Below are positions 18,185 through 27,303 of a stretch of 64,000 nt of DNA, in pieces. The notes beneath the pieces are model-generated. The model had not been told where the DNA came from. It saw only the letters and a program-made list of their open reading frames with translations, and made no database searches. Every line of letters starts with the position of its first letter. The first letter of the stretch is position 1. The stretch lies in the sequence record OP599913.1; one strand, written 5' to 3'. A program made the position numbers and the translations under genes.

Positions 18185-18804
18185 TTAAGGTAACCTCGTC
18201 TAACAAACCTTAACGGGTTTATACATCCCGTTAACTTAGGATTAGGGAATCATAACATCTTCCAGTGATTCCTCATTCGGTTTCCATTATATGTTCCACT
18301 TACCCAATTCTCATTTTGGAGGAGGGGGTAAGATTCTTTAGGACTGAGCGACATGAGCCTACGGCGAGTGGAGTGAAGGAGTAAAGAATCTTGGGGGAGG
18401 AGGCCCTACCGAAGGTAGAGTCCAGAGAAGAGAAAAGAGAAAATCCGAAGGAAAAACCTATTACTCCGTAATAGCTTTTGCTCTTTATATAAGCCCCGGA
18501 GGGGCTTATAAGGCAATAAAATTTAACTTTAGTATTTATTATTATTATAGGAAATTGCTTTTTTATTTAAAAAAGGAAAAATGAAGAGGAAATGAAAATG
18601 GGAAAATACCTTTTAAATATTCCCTAAATTTCATTTACTCTTAAAGAAGTACCCCTTTCAAAGTTAATTACCCCGACCGGCATTCCCGAACAGGGAAGCC
18701 GGCGTATAGGGTTTATACTGCAATATTGCAATTAAGGTTAATGGATTTCAGTTCTACATTATCATTGGGTAATGAAAGAATACAGTTATTCGTATTGATA
18801 TGTT
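18185..18804. other. Long divergent intergenic region with hairpins and an AT-rich core
   Basis: 620 nt with no credible ORF. Inverted repeats ttaacggg/cccgttaa, aagattcttt/aaagaatctt and tataagcccc/ggggcttata; AT-rich tract at about 18510-18670. Confidence 0.6.
18245..18258 (-). promoter_or_regulatory. Putative late promoter ATGTTATGATTCCC
   Basis: 13 of 14 positions identical to ATGCTATGATTCCC at 56383-56396. Both lie upstream of minus-strand genes and contain the TATG core. Confidence 0.5.
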
Positions 18805-18834
18805 TTGTTAAACCCAGAAGAGGAAGAGTGTGTA

Positions 18835-19383
18835 ATGACAACGATTGCTTATCGTGACGGTATAATGGCAGCGGATACCCGGGTGGTCAACGGGGCCGAT
18901 ATGATCAACCTCGGAGAGCAACGTAAAATCTACGAACCGGGGGAAGGAGAGTACTGGAGTGTCAATGGTGACCGTATTATCTGTTTTGGTTTGTCGGGGA
19001 GTCTGTCGGATCTGTTGGCCTTTAAAGAACTGTTGAGTGAAGGGATTACCTTTAAGACCAAAGCACCTGACCACCTCGTTGGGGACTCGAATATGCTCTG
19101 TGTGGGTGAACAGGGTAATGTTTGGCTGGTTTCAGCATATAAACAACGAGACGGGAGTATGGCGTTTACGGTGTCATGCGTACAACCCCCGTTTGCAATT
19201 GGATCGGGGGGTATTTACGCCAGTTCGGTGATGGCGGTGGGTAAAAGTGCGGTGGATGCAGTTAAAGTGGCGTGTAAGCTGGATGTCTATTCCGGTGGTC
19301 GTATTGATACCTGGGAACTCCCCCCTCCCCCAGCAACCCCCAGTAAGCGCCCTGAACCGGTCGCTGATAAGGCAGCAAAATAA
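18835..19383 (+). CDS. HslV/proteasome-beta-like Ntn (Thr) peptidase
   Basis: Start refined to M-TTIAYRDGIMAADTR, which leaves an N-terminal Thr nucleophile. FAIGSGG and KLDVYSGG motifs. Confidence 0.85.
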   Translation: MTTIAYRDGIMAADTRVVNGADMINLGEQRKIYEPGEGEYWSVNGDRIICFGLSGSLSDLLAFKELLSEGITFKTKAPDHLVGDSNMLCVGEQGNVWLVSAYKQRDGSMAFTVSCVQPPFAIGSGGIYASSVMAVGKSAVDAVKVACKLDVYSGGRIDTWELPPPPATPSKRPEPVADKAAK

Positions 19384-19404
19384 TCCCTAGGGGGGTAAGA
19401 CACT

Positions 19405-19620
19405 CGGAATGTAGGCGATGGAAACCTCAGCGTGTAGGTATTTTATGCCGATGACCTGCATTCACTCCATCGCCGGTCCTGGTGGGAAGGTTAGGAGTGT
19501 TAGACACCCACCACCCCTCAAGTGCCCAAGCCTATTCTGTCAGGCTTGAGAGGGTTGCCTACAAAACGCTCCGCCCCTCCAGCTCTATGTCACTATGATG
19601 TAGGGCTGGAGGTTTTACTT
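19405..19620 (+). ncRNA. Candidate structured ncRNA followed by a terminator
   Basis: Several helices: tgtaggc/gcctaca, ggcgatgga/tccatcgcc, ggtggg/cccacc, caagcct/aggcttg. Then a cctccagctcta/tagggctggagg stem with a T tract. No well-supported ORF. Confidence 0.4.
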
Positions 19621-19739
19621 CTTTTGTTTTTTATTTACCCAGGAGGGGATATCTTATACCGTTAGAGTGACCTGTTTCCACGCCATGGTTCTCTAGGTCA
19701 CTGTAAGGGTACAACGTTATTGATCCTCTTGGATGCGCT

Positions 19740-19796
19740 AACGGGTGGTGTTATGGTTATATCGGCGGTTACCCACCCGTTAGTCTTTTTTTTTGA
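19740..19796 (+). terminator. Terminator hairpin upstream of phuZ
   Basis: aacgggtgg / ccacccgtt stem followed by a run of T. Confidence 0.6.
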
Positions 19797-19891
19797 TTAC
19801 GCTAGATAATTTGAAACCTAAATTATTAGCAGGCTATTGGAGAATAGTCCTTTTTAATGACTTCCCTGTAAACCAAAGAGAGCGATTCGAT

Positions 19892-20854
19892 ATGTCTCAG
19901 ATTCAATACTACCTCATGGGCGGCGCAGGTATCAACATTGGCGCGGGTTTGAAAGAACATTCCCGCACGCGCGTGAACAGTGATGCGGGGATGGTAGGTT
20001 TCGATACCAGTGATAAGAACTTCACTGCGGCGTTCCCCATTGAGCAACTCGAAGGGGTGAACGGGAGTGGTAAGGATTCCACCAAGCACTACGACAAACT
20101 CCTCCCCTTCGTAGCGGCTAACCTGAAGAAACACCGTCCCGGTGTTCACAACATCATCGTAGCCAGTACCGCTGGTGGTACTGGGCGTGTTATGGCGATG
20201 ATTGCGTTGCGCCTGCTGGTCGAGTCGGGTAAGAACGTCATTCTCTGCCTGATCTCGGAACACACTTCCCTGGTGGATAAAGAAAACGCGGTCAACGCCC
20301 TCCGTTCCTTTGCTAACCAGTGCCAACCCAATCAGCTGAACCGTCCGGTGTGCTACATGGAGTTCGTTAATACACCGAACCTGACCCGTAAGGAAGTCAA
20401 CCATCAGGCGATTGATTCACTGAATCTCCTGAGTCTCCTCTTCGATCCTGGTAACACGGAAATCGACGAGGAAGACATTAAACGCTTCTTCAACTACTCG
20501 GCAGGGGGTAAAACCCGACCGGCGTTGAGCCGTATTCATTTCTACGACCAGGATGGTGCAGCGGACTATACCGGTAAGGTACCGGTCTCGGTCGCCAGCC
20601 TGTACCCGAACAACGATGACGTGGTTCCTCGGTTTATGGGATCGGTTTACCGGGCGACGGGTATCTTCTCCCCCAACAGTGATCGTCCGGTAGACATCAA
20701 AGAGCTGCACGTGACCCTCGATCACGGTGAAGCCCTGGAAGAACTGGAGAAAGAGATCGAAGGGCTGGAAACGGTTCAAGCTCAAGCTGCCGTTGACTTC
20801 TCTCAGCAGAAGGACATTTCGGAAGGATCGAACGATCTGGGCTTCATGCTGTAA
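19892..20854 (+). CDS. phuZ: PhuZ phage tubulin
   Basis: Start refined to MSQIQYYLMGGAGINIG. Tubulin/FtsZ-type motifs FDTS, GSGKD and STAGGTGR, with an acidic C-terminal tail ending in hydrophobic residues (DLGFML). Confidence 0.92.
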   Translation: MSQIQYYLMGGAGINIGAGLKEHSRTRVNSDAGMVGFDTSDKNFTAAFPIEQLEGVNGSGKDSTKHYDKLLPFVAANLKKHRPGVHNIIVASTAGGTGRVMAMIALRLLVESGKNVILCLISEHTSLVDKENAVNALRSFANQCQPNQLNRPVCYMEFVNTPNLTRKEVNHQAIDSLNLLSLLFDPGNTEIDEEDIKRFFNYSAGGKTRPALSRIHFYDQDGAADYTGKVPVSVASLYPNNDDVVPRFMGSVYRATGIFSPNSDRPVDIKELHVTLDHGEALEELEKEIEGLETVQAQAAVDFSQQKDISEGSNDLGFML

Positions 20855-20869
20855 GACAGACAGTGAATC

Positions 20870-20910
20870 GCTAAGGTAGGGAGCTCACGCTCCCTACCTT
20901 AGCCTTTATT
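20870..20910 (+). terminator. Intrinsic terminator
   Basis: gctaaggtagggagc / gctccctaccttagc 15-bp stem plus T tract. Confidence 0.8.
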
Positions 20911-20992
20911 ACGCTTTGGGGTATTTTTTATAATGGGTTTTTACTGAAATGGGCATTATTATACAGGCTTAATTAAATATAGGGGCTAGAAG

Positions 20993-21286
20993 GTGGCTAT
21001 AAGCTTCTCTGTTGATTTATCAAGGGGTTACCTATACCGACCTACCGGTCCAGGTAAAAACGTCGTGTTAAGGAAAATAGACCGGTTTGACGTGGTGCAC
21101 TGTTTACAGGCGTTAGGGTACCACAACCTTAACGAACGCAGTCTGAATCGTCGAGCCGCGGTCTTTATTCCGTCTCTGGAAGAGGACATCACGAAATTCA
21201 CGATCGGTGTACCGAGTGATGCACAGGTTCGTATTCGTGGGATTGGGAAGTGCTCCCAACGGTTATTGATTACATTTGTTTATTAA
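20993..21286 (+). CDS. Hypothetical protein
   Basis: 97 aa with a GTG start; first gene of a tightly packed cluster. Confidence 0.6.
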   Translation: MAISFSVDLSRGYLYRPTGPGKNVVLRKIDRFDVVHCLQALGYHNLNERSLNRRAAVFIPSLEEDITKFTIGVPSDAQVRIRGIGKCSQRLLITFVY

Positions 21287-21300
21287 GGAGACGTCGTCCC

Positions 21301-21867
21301 ATGTTACTGTTCAATGTGAAGGAGATGGCGAATGGTATCCTCATGCCATCTGAATTGTCTCGGGTAGAACGGGAGACCATTATTAAGGACTTGATTGAAA
21401 CGGCCTTGAGTATCTTCAATAACCCTTCTTTGTGCGACGGGATCCTGGATGACCTGTTGGAGCATTACGAGTTTAACGTAGGGATACTGAATACCGACCG
21501 TATCGTTCTGGATCTCGTAAAGGTCATTAAACACACCACCCGTAAGCTGGGGTGGGACAGTCGTTTGAAGGCGAAGGTGGAGTTCAAGCAGGTCGGGAGT
21601 GGGTATCATAAAGCCCGTATTGTAATGGACTTGGATGAAACCCTCCAAGCATTGTCTTCGAATGTAACAGAACCGGTTCGTCTCAACGACGTTATTAGTG
21701 ACCATCCAGAAGTCGAGATGCTCAATGAAATCATTTCACTACGATCTAGCAAAGCCCCAAGGAGAGTTCCGGTACTACCAGATCGACGTCCAGTGGTTGT
21801 TAAAGGAAATCAGGAGTCAGGTTGGGTACCTGGTTACCGGGAGCATTACCGGAAAATCGGTTACTGA
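21301..21867 (+). CDS. Hypothetical protein
   Basis: Start refined to MLLFNVKE, with an AAGGAG SD. Confidence 0.7.
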   Translation: MLLFNVKEMANGILMPSELSRVERETIIKDLIETALSIFNNPSLCDGILDDLLEHYEFNVGILNTDRIVLDLVKVIKHTTRKLGWDSRLKAKVEFKQVGSGYHKARIVMDLDETLQALSSNVTEPVRLNDVISDHPEVEMLNEIISLRSSKAPRRVPVLPDRRPVVVKGNQESGWVPGYREHYRKIGY

Positions 21868-22156
21868 ACATTACGACGAAGTAGCCTTAGGGGTCCTACA
21901 GAAAGCCATTGATGAGTGTTTAGTCTTTAACCGCGGCTTTGAGTTGGAAGAGTCTCCTAACGTCTTTCCCCGTAGGCAAGCGGACAAGTACCTGTTACCA
22001 GACGATCGGAATGAGTTAGTGACTGACGCAGTGGCTCATTTAAGCCGTTTAATAACCCTCCACAGCCCCTATACCGCACTTAGTCACCCGGTGGTGTACC
22101 GGGTGCTGCCGAATGGCAATCTCTTAGTTGGGATCGATAAGAGGGATTTATTATGA
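21725..22156 (+). CDS. Hypothetical protein (overlaps the upstream gene)
   Basis: Probable start MKSFHYD; the stop overlaps the next start (ATGA). The start position is uncertain. Confidence 0.6.
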   Translation: MKSFHYDLAKPQGEFRYYQIDVQWLLKEIRSQVGYLVTGSITGKSVTEHYDEVALGVLQKAIDECLVFNRGFELEESPNVFPRRQADKYLLPDDRNELVTDAVAHLSRLITLHSPYTALSHPVVYRVLPNGNLLVGIDKRDLL

Positions 22157-22512
22157 TTACGAAAACCATTCCCCTCGCGTTGGTGAACCGTTGTTTTACG
22201 AACGCTGGCTTAAAGCCTGAGCAGACCTATTCGGTGATAGCGACCCTGGTACATATCTGGCGAATGAATGATCATAACGAGGGAATGACCCGAGAGTTGA
22301 TTTTCAATGAATTGGAATTGGATGAACTGACCGCTCAAACCCTGTGGAACACTCTTCAACAGCCATTACTGGCGATTAGTCAGCAAATTCGTGAGTTAGC
22401 ACTGGCTGGGCGATTGGTTAGCTGGAAAGTTCTCCCCCTCACCATTATCTTGGAGATAGAAGATGAAAACCTTGTCCCACTCAGTACCTATACCCCCGTT
22501 GACCGATCATAA
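22153..22512 (+). CDS. Hypothetical protein
   Basis: 119 aa, GAGGG SD, coupled to the upstream stop. Confidence 0.7.
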   Translation: MITKTIPLALVNRCFTNAGLKPEQTYSVIATLVHIWRMNDHNEGMTRELIFNELELDELTAQTLWNTLQQPLLAISQQIRELALAGRLVSWKVLPLTIILEIEDENLVPLSTYTPVDRS

Positions 22513-22786
22513 GGAATTCCTGGGGGCGTATAAAGCGTTGTTGAACGCCTTACAGATCCAAGAGAACATTCCCTTCCCGCTGTCAGCAGGCTTTACGCAT
22601 CCGATTGAAAAAGAGAACCAGGCACTCACCACACGTTTCTTTCACGATAAGAGCCTGTTCCAACAACTCAAGTTGAACCATCCTTTGCTTCGGTTACTGG
22701 AAGTGAGGGTCCACAACCACATGGCCACCTTTATTTTCGGTTACCCAGAGATCGGTCAAGATGAAAAAGCGTTTCCTCCGAGTTGA
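22463..22786 (+). CDS. Hypothetical protein
   Basis: 107 aa with GGAG SD; overlaps both neighbours. Confidence 0.6.
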   Translation: MKTLSHSVPIPPLTDHKEFLGAYKALLNALQIQENIPFPLSAGFTHPIEKENQALTTRFFHDKSLFQQLKLNHPLLRLLEVRVHNHMATFIFGYPEIGQDEKAFPPS

Positions 22787-23141
22787 TTATGAGCGGATAG
22801 CTGAATACGTGTTAGACCGTTCGTTGAAAACTGACGACCTGCTGGTGGATACACCATCGAATGTCATTGACCTGTACCTCACCCACGCCTTACTTGCTCG
22901 TCATTTAAAGCGCTTGGAAACCGCCCTCCAACCATTCAATAGGAACGGTGAACAGGGTTCTCCCCTGGAGATCGAGGGCGAAGACGATGACCCCCAACTG
23001 ACCGAAGTGTTGTTTTCCGATCAAGGGGAAGACATCGTCCACACCTTCCAGGTGAGCTTACGACCGCGTGCAGTGGTTCACCTTCAGGGTAGAGTCATTG
23101 TGTTACCCCTGATCAAAATAGAAGTGCTTACACGAGGTTAA
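22761..23141 (+). CDS. Hypothetical protein
   Basis: 126 aa, in the operon upstream of the DNA polymerase. Confidence 0.65.
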   Translation: MKKRFLRVDYERIAEYVLDRSLKTDDLLVDTPSNVIDLYLTHALLARHLKRLETALQPFNRNGEQGSPLEIEGEDDDPQLTEVLFSDQGEDIVHTFQVSLRPRAVVHLQGRVIVLPLIKIEVLTRG

Positions 23142-23142
23142 T

Positions 23143-23565
23143 ATGGCAGTTACTCCCAGACTCAATGACATTGTGGATTTCCAACTGGTACGTAATGGCA
23201 TCCTTGGGGATGAACGGGTGGGGGTGTTGGTCATCTCAGCCTCTATGACGTACCAAGCGGCTAAGGCCATGGATCCTCAGATCAATGTAAAACACAGTAA
23301 CCTGTTTCAATACTTCCAGAATAAAGTGGGTGGGGTGGACGATCCTTCCAAGTATCCGTACTTCGCGGTACAGCTCACCAATGGGCAATTTGAGGTCATT
23401 GGGATTCCTTGGGTGAACGATGCGACCTTTAAGACTATCGAAGGGCGTATTCGGACCTACACGATCACCAATTACCAGGAATCCATGGCGGGCCCTATCG
23501 CCAACATGCTGCGTAACCTGGGTGCGAGTTATACCGTGCATGACACCACCACGACCAAGAATTAA
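23143..23565 (+). CDS. Conserved hypothetical protein
   Basis: 140 aa with GAGG SD, followed by a terminator. Confidence 0.75.
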   Translation: MAVTPRLNDIVDFQLVRNGILGDERVGVLVISASMTYQAAKAMDPQINVKHSNLFQYFQNKVGGVDDPSKYPYFAVQLTNGQFEVIGIPWVNDATFKTIEGRIRTYTITNYQESMAGPIANMLRNLGASYTVHDTTTTKN

Positions 23566-23569
23566 TTCA

Positions 23570-23615
23570 CTACCACATCCTCTATTTAAACGGGGGATGT
23601 GGTAGAACCTTTATT
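23570..23615 (+). terminator. Intrinsic terminator
   Basis: ctaccacatcc / ggatgtggtag stem plus T tract. Confidence 0.7.
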
Positions 23616-23666
23616 TTTTCGTCCCGTGTCTTTTTTAATAGACGTTTTGAACAGAGAGAAAGTCGT

Positions 23667-25769
23667 ATGAATGTTCCAGCGACTCAAGAGACTGAACCTT
23701 ATCAGTCACCCTTTATAGAGAAAACGTATGTAAGTAATCGTAACTTCCTGAAAGCGTACCACTACTTAGCGGCCCGTTACCTCTCCATTGTGTACGGGTG
23801 GGACTATGAGAACCTGCTAGAGATTTGTGAGAAGGTCTTCGTACCGAACGAGAATGGGTTCAAAGAAGCCAAGTTCGGGGTCTTTAAGAAAGACAAGTAC
23901 GGAGACCGTGTCCCGACGGTAATGGGAACCCGGGAGTTCTTTAACGCGGTCCGAGAGAACAACTGGCACCTCTCCCCATCCTTGGTCGCGTATACCAATA
24001 CAGAGGAAGAACAATCTGTTAACGCGGCGGGCACCGAAGAGTTTATTGAGTTCCGTCGGTTGTACAAAGGTAAGAAACAAGCCGCTAAAGACGTTGGGGA
24101 CGAGGAAGCGGAGAAGGCGTTCCATGAAATTCAGAATGCCTTAAAGATCTTTAATAATTCTCAATCCGGCGGGATGTCGTCATCCGGTACCCCTTTGTTC
24201 AATAAGTCCGGTCATACGACACTCACCAGCACCTGCCGAGCCCTCACCAGTACGGCTAACCTGATCAATGAACGGTTAATTACCGGTAACCGCTTGTTGT
24301 TAACCTACAACAAGACAATGGAACTGTTCGTCAGCCAACTCCAGTTCGCCGACCGTGATTTAATCCAAACGGTGATTGATGAGTACGGGATGGCGTACGC
24401 TACGGTCGATCAGGTCATGGACATGGTGAGACGGTGTACCGCGTACTACTGGGATAACCCTGTTAAACTCAGGGCTATTGAACAGTTCTTGAGGGATCTC
24501 ACCCCCTTAGAACTGACCATTATCCTCTGTACCCAGGATTTGAGAGGGCTGTATACCACCAACCCAGACCTGACGAAACGGTTCTTTAAGGAATGGTGCG
24601 ATATCCCAGAGCTTCCGGAAGGGGTTAAGGAAGAGGATCATCCTAAACCCTTGAATGGGGATTATTACATCCTGTGTTTAACCAAGCTCGGGGAAAAGTC
24701 CAGTAAAGCCCAAATCAACTTCTTGAATGGTTATCACTTGGAGGTTGAGAAACGCTGGGGGAACTTCATTAGTGCGTTCCTCAAATCTTCTATCCCTCCC
24801 ACCGACATTTACAGCGTCAAAGAGTTGGTTCGTGAAAACGTAATGACCTCTGATACAGACGCCTGTATTTACAGTGTGGATCAACTGATTCAAGAGTTCT
24901 CGACTGACCCTACGGTTTCGTTGAGGTTCAATGGCGTTCTAACCTTCTTCATCCGCAACATTGCGATCGACCAGCATGCTAAACTCAGTCGCAACATGAA
25001 TGTGGCTAAGAAGTACGAGCGTCGGTTGAATATGAAGAATGAGTACTTGTATGCGTCGTATGTGACGACCTCCATGTCGAAACACTACTTCGCGTTGCAA
25101 CTCATGGTGGAAGGGGTCTTGAATAAGAAACCGAAGTTGGATTTGAAGGGGGTTCACTTACGAGGGGTTAAGATTGCGGAATTGGTGAGGAAGTTCACCG
25201 GGAAACTCATGCGGAAAATCTTGGATGCATTGTACACCCGTGAGAAGCTGGATGCACCTAAGATTTTGAGGGAGGTGGCTGACATCGAGCGTCAGTTGTT
25301 TGCCAACCTGGAAGAAGGAGGTTGGGCGTGGTTAACGATTGAAGGGGTCAAGGACCCATCAGCCTATACAGACCCAGAGAGTAACGAACGGTACATCAAC
25401 CATTTGTTCTGGGACGAAGTATTGGCTCCTAAGTATGGGGATACCCCCCCATTCCCGTATAAGGCCTACAAGATCAACCTGACCTTAACCGGTAAGAAGA
25501 AACTGGAGGACTTCTTTAACAGCATCGAGGATCCGAATTATAAAGCCCTGTTGGTGGATAACCTTAAAGGACGAGATAAGCTGAGTTCCATCTATATCCC
25601 TACCGATCAGATAGATCAAATGGGTGGAATCCCTAAAGAGTTTATCCCGTTTATTGACAAACGCCGAATCGTTAGTCATAACCTAAAATCCATTTATGCG
25701 ATTCTAGAAGCGTTAGGACTCTTTATCTTAAATGCTAAGGTAACGAGGCTGGTTTCTGATGAACATTGA
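23667..25769 (+). CDS. Family B DNA polymerase, C-terminal polymerase half (phiKZ gp50-like)
   Basis: Motif B-like QNALKIFNNSQSGG, motif C-like VMTSDTDACIYS and LDLKGVHL. No exonuclease motifs or motif A. Confidence 0.88.
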   Translation: MNVPATQETEPYQSPFIEKTYVSNRNFLKAYHYLAARYLSIVYGWDYENLLEICEKVFVPNENGFKEAKFGVFKKDKYGDRVPTVMGTREFFNAVRENNWHLSPSLVAYTNTEEEQSVNAAGTEEFIEFRRLYKGKKQAAKDVGDEEAEKAFHEIQNALKIFNNSQSGGMSSSGTPLFNKSGHTTLTSTCRALTSTANLINERLITGNRLLLTYNKTMELFVSQLQFADRDLIQTVIDEYGMAYATVDQVMDMVRRCTAYYWDNPVKLRAIEQFLRDLTPLELTIILCTQDLRGLYTTNPDLTKRFFKEWCDIPELPEGVKEEDHPKPLNGDYYILCLTKLGEKSSKAQINFLNGYHLEVEKRWGNFISAFLKSSIPPTDIYSVKELVRENVMTSDTDACIYSVDQLIQEFSTDPTVSLRFNGVLTFFIRNIAIDQHAKLSRNMNVAKKYERRLNMKNEYLYASYVTTSMSKHYFALQLMVEGVLNKKPKLDLKGVHLRGVKIAELVRKFTGKLMRKILDALYTREKLDAPKILREVADIERQLFANLEEGGWAWLTIEGVKDPSAYTDPESNERYINHLFWDEVLAPKYGDTPPFPYKAYKINLTLTGKKKLEDFFNSIEDPNYKALLVDNLKGRDKLSSIYIPTDQIDQMGGIPKEFIPFIDKRRIVSHNLKSIYAILEALGLFILNAKVTRLVSDEH

Positions 25770-25814
25770 GGGTGGGTTTACGCTCAGAAACGAGGCGAAT
25801 CAATAACACTGACA

Positions 25815-25862
25815 TACCGAGAGAGGAGGCCCTAAGCCTGCCTCTCTCGGTAGTTTTTATTT
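25815..25862. terminator. Terminator between convergent genes
   Basis: taccgagagagg / cctctctcggta stem plus T tract. Confidence 0.75.
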
Positions 25863-25924
25863 AACTTTTTCAATAAGCTTATTGGGTAAGTCAATTTCTT
25901 GACCTCCCACAAGATGGCAGCGTA

Positions 25925-27025
25925 CTATTTCTTGAGGTTAATACGGTTTAGTGTATTCAACTCGTCTGCCAGTTCCAAGAACCATCCTTTGAAGTACGAT
26001 TCAGGGATACGTTGGTAGTTATTCACCCGTTTCAAATGACTTCGTTCCACCACACTGTTAATGTCAGCCGCGGGGTAATTCCCGTGGTTGCAAATACTCA
26101 AGTAGATGGAATACAGCTTCATTAAAGCCGGTTCCCAAACCCAACTGGTTTGCGTAAACAACGCATTCTTACCCGCCGGAATGTAGTTGAAGTAGGGCTG
26201 TTTATAAATCGACTCAAGGGTAACGAGGAGATGTTCCAGGTTAAAGAGCCTACGCCCTGTTAACGCCTCTCCCAGGAAAGTCAGGTAGAGGTCCATTAGC
26301 CGTTGTTCACTGACCGTATTAAACACCACTTTGTCCGAGTTCATCACACTCTTCAGTGGCTGTTGGTGAACGAAGTGGTCGTAGAGGGTGTTAATGACCG
26401 TAAGTTGATTGTGAATCAACTGGGCGTTGGCTAAAGGGATCTGAGCAACAAATGCCCGTATACCCGTATCCCGCTCGTAGTCCATTTGCTGGTACGCCCA
26501 CCACGCAACAGCCAGCTCCACCAAGTCCACACCTATAATGGCCAGGTCATTGATCTGTCCGTTAACCGTCTTATCTCGGTTCAGAGGGTGGGAATAACTT
26601 CGTTCGGTAACGGTGGAACACAACGGTACCACAGGACACATGGATACAAAGTCAATAGGAGCACTGTATTGCTTGGTATTCTCAATCAGACACCAGTGTT
26701 CACGTACACTGTTCCGGTAGAACCCATTCGTGATTGCTTTACCCACATGACCCAACGAGGTAATATTAAACAACGTACATAATGAATACGCCCGGAACCT
26801 CGTATAACTGACCACGTAGGAGAGATCCCAATCCTTATTGATGCTTAACTGTTGAAGTAATCCTACCAGGACGTGTTCGTTCTCAGTATGGAACGGCTGT
26901 GCCCTGACGTAGTGGAAAAAGGCTTTACGGTTAAACGCTGTTTGCCGTTGCAGGTTACCCAAGTCACCGAACCGTAACCGGGGATAAACCGTGTTAGACG
27001 GTTTAGGGAATGACAAGGTTAGCAT
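25925..27025 (-). CDS. Conserved jumbo-phage hypothetical protein, divergent from chimallin
   Basis: Start refined to MLTLSFPKP (about 366 aa), preceded on the minus strand by a CTATATAAT promoter-like motif. Confidence 0.75.
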   Translation of the reverse strand: MLTLSFPKPSNTVYPRLRFGDLGNLQRQTAFNRKAFFHYVRAQPFHTENEHVLVGLLQQLSINKDWDLSYVVSYTRFRAYSLCTLFNITSLGHVGKAITNGFYRNSVREHWCLIENTKQYSAPIDFVSMCPVVPLCSTVTERSYSHPLNRDKTVNGQINDLAIIGVDLVELAVAWWAYQQMDYERDTGIRAFVAQIPLANAQLIHNQLTVINTLYDHFVHQQPLKSVMNSDKVVFNTVSEQRLMDLYLTFLGEALTGRRLFNLEHLLVTLESIYKQPYFNYIPAGKNALFTQTSWVWEPALMKLYSIYLSICNHGNYPAADINSVVERSHLKRVNNYQRIPESYFKGWFLELADELNTLNRINLKK

Positions 27026-27303
27026 GTGAGTATTTTTCCAGTGATGAACTATTATATAGCACACCACGGTCTCCCGGTTCGTCCGGGAGTCGTTGGAGTG
27101 CAATTTCGAAAATGGTATGAGTTTGAACAAGTACCTATAGCATTTCAGCCTAAAAAGCCGGAATGTCACCAGGTGCTAGAATTTTTCAAACCCATATTAC
27201 CAGTGTGAATCGCCACAAGGATATTTGTGTGTGTAGGCAAACACTACGCGATTCCGCTATAGCGAAGCAAACCCTTTCTTAAGAAAACGATGGAGTTTAC
27301 CCC

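Noticed and set aside
19421-19460. Hammerhead-like core (GAAA-cct...agg-UA and CCGAUGA)
   Set aside because: Stem III fits, but stems I and II cannot form and the conserved U4 is C, so it is not supportable as a hammerhead.
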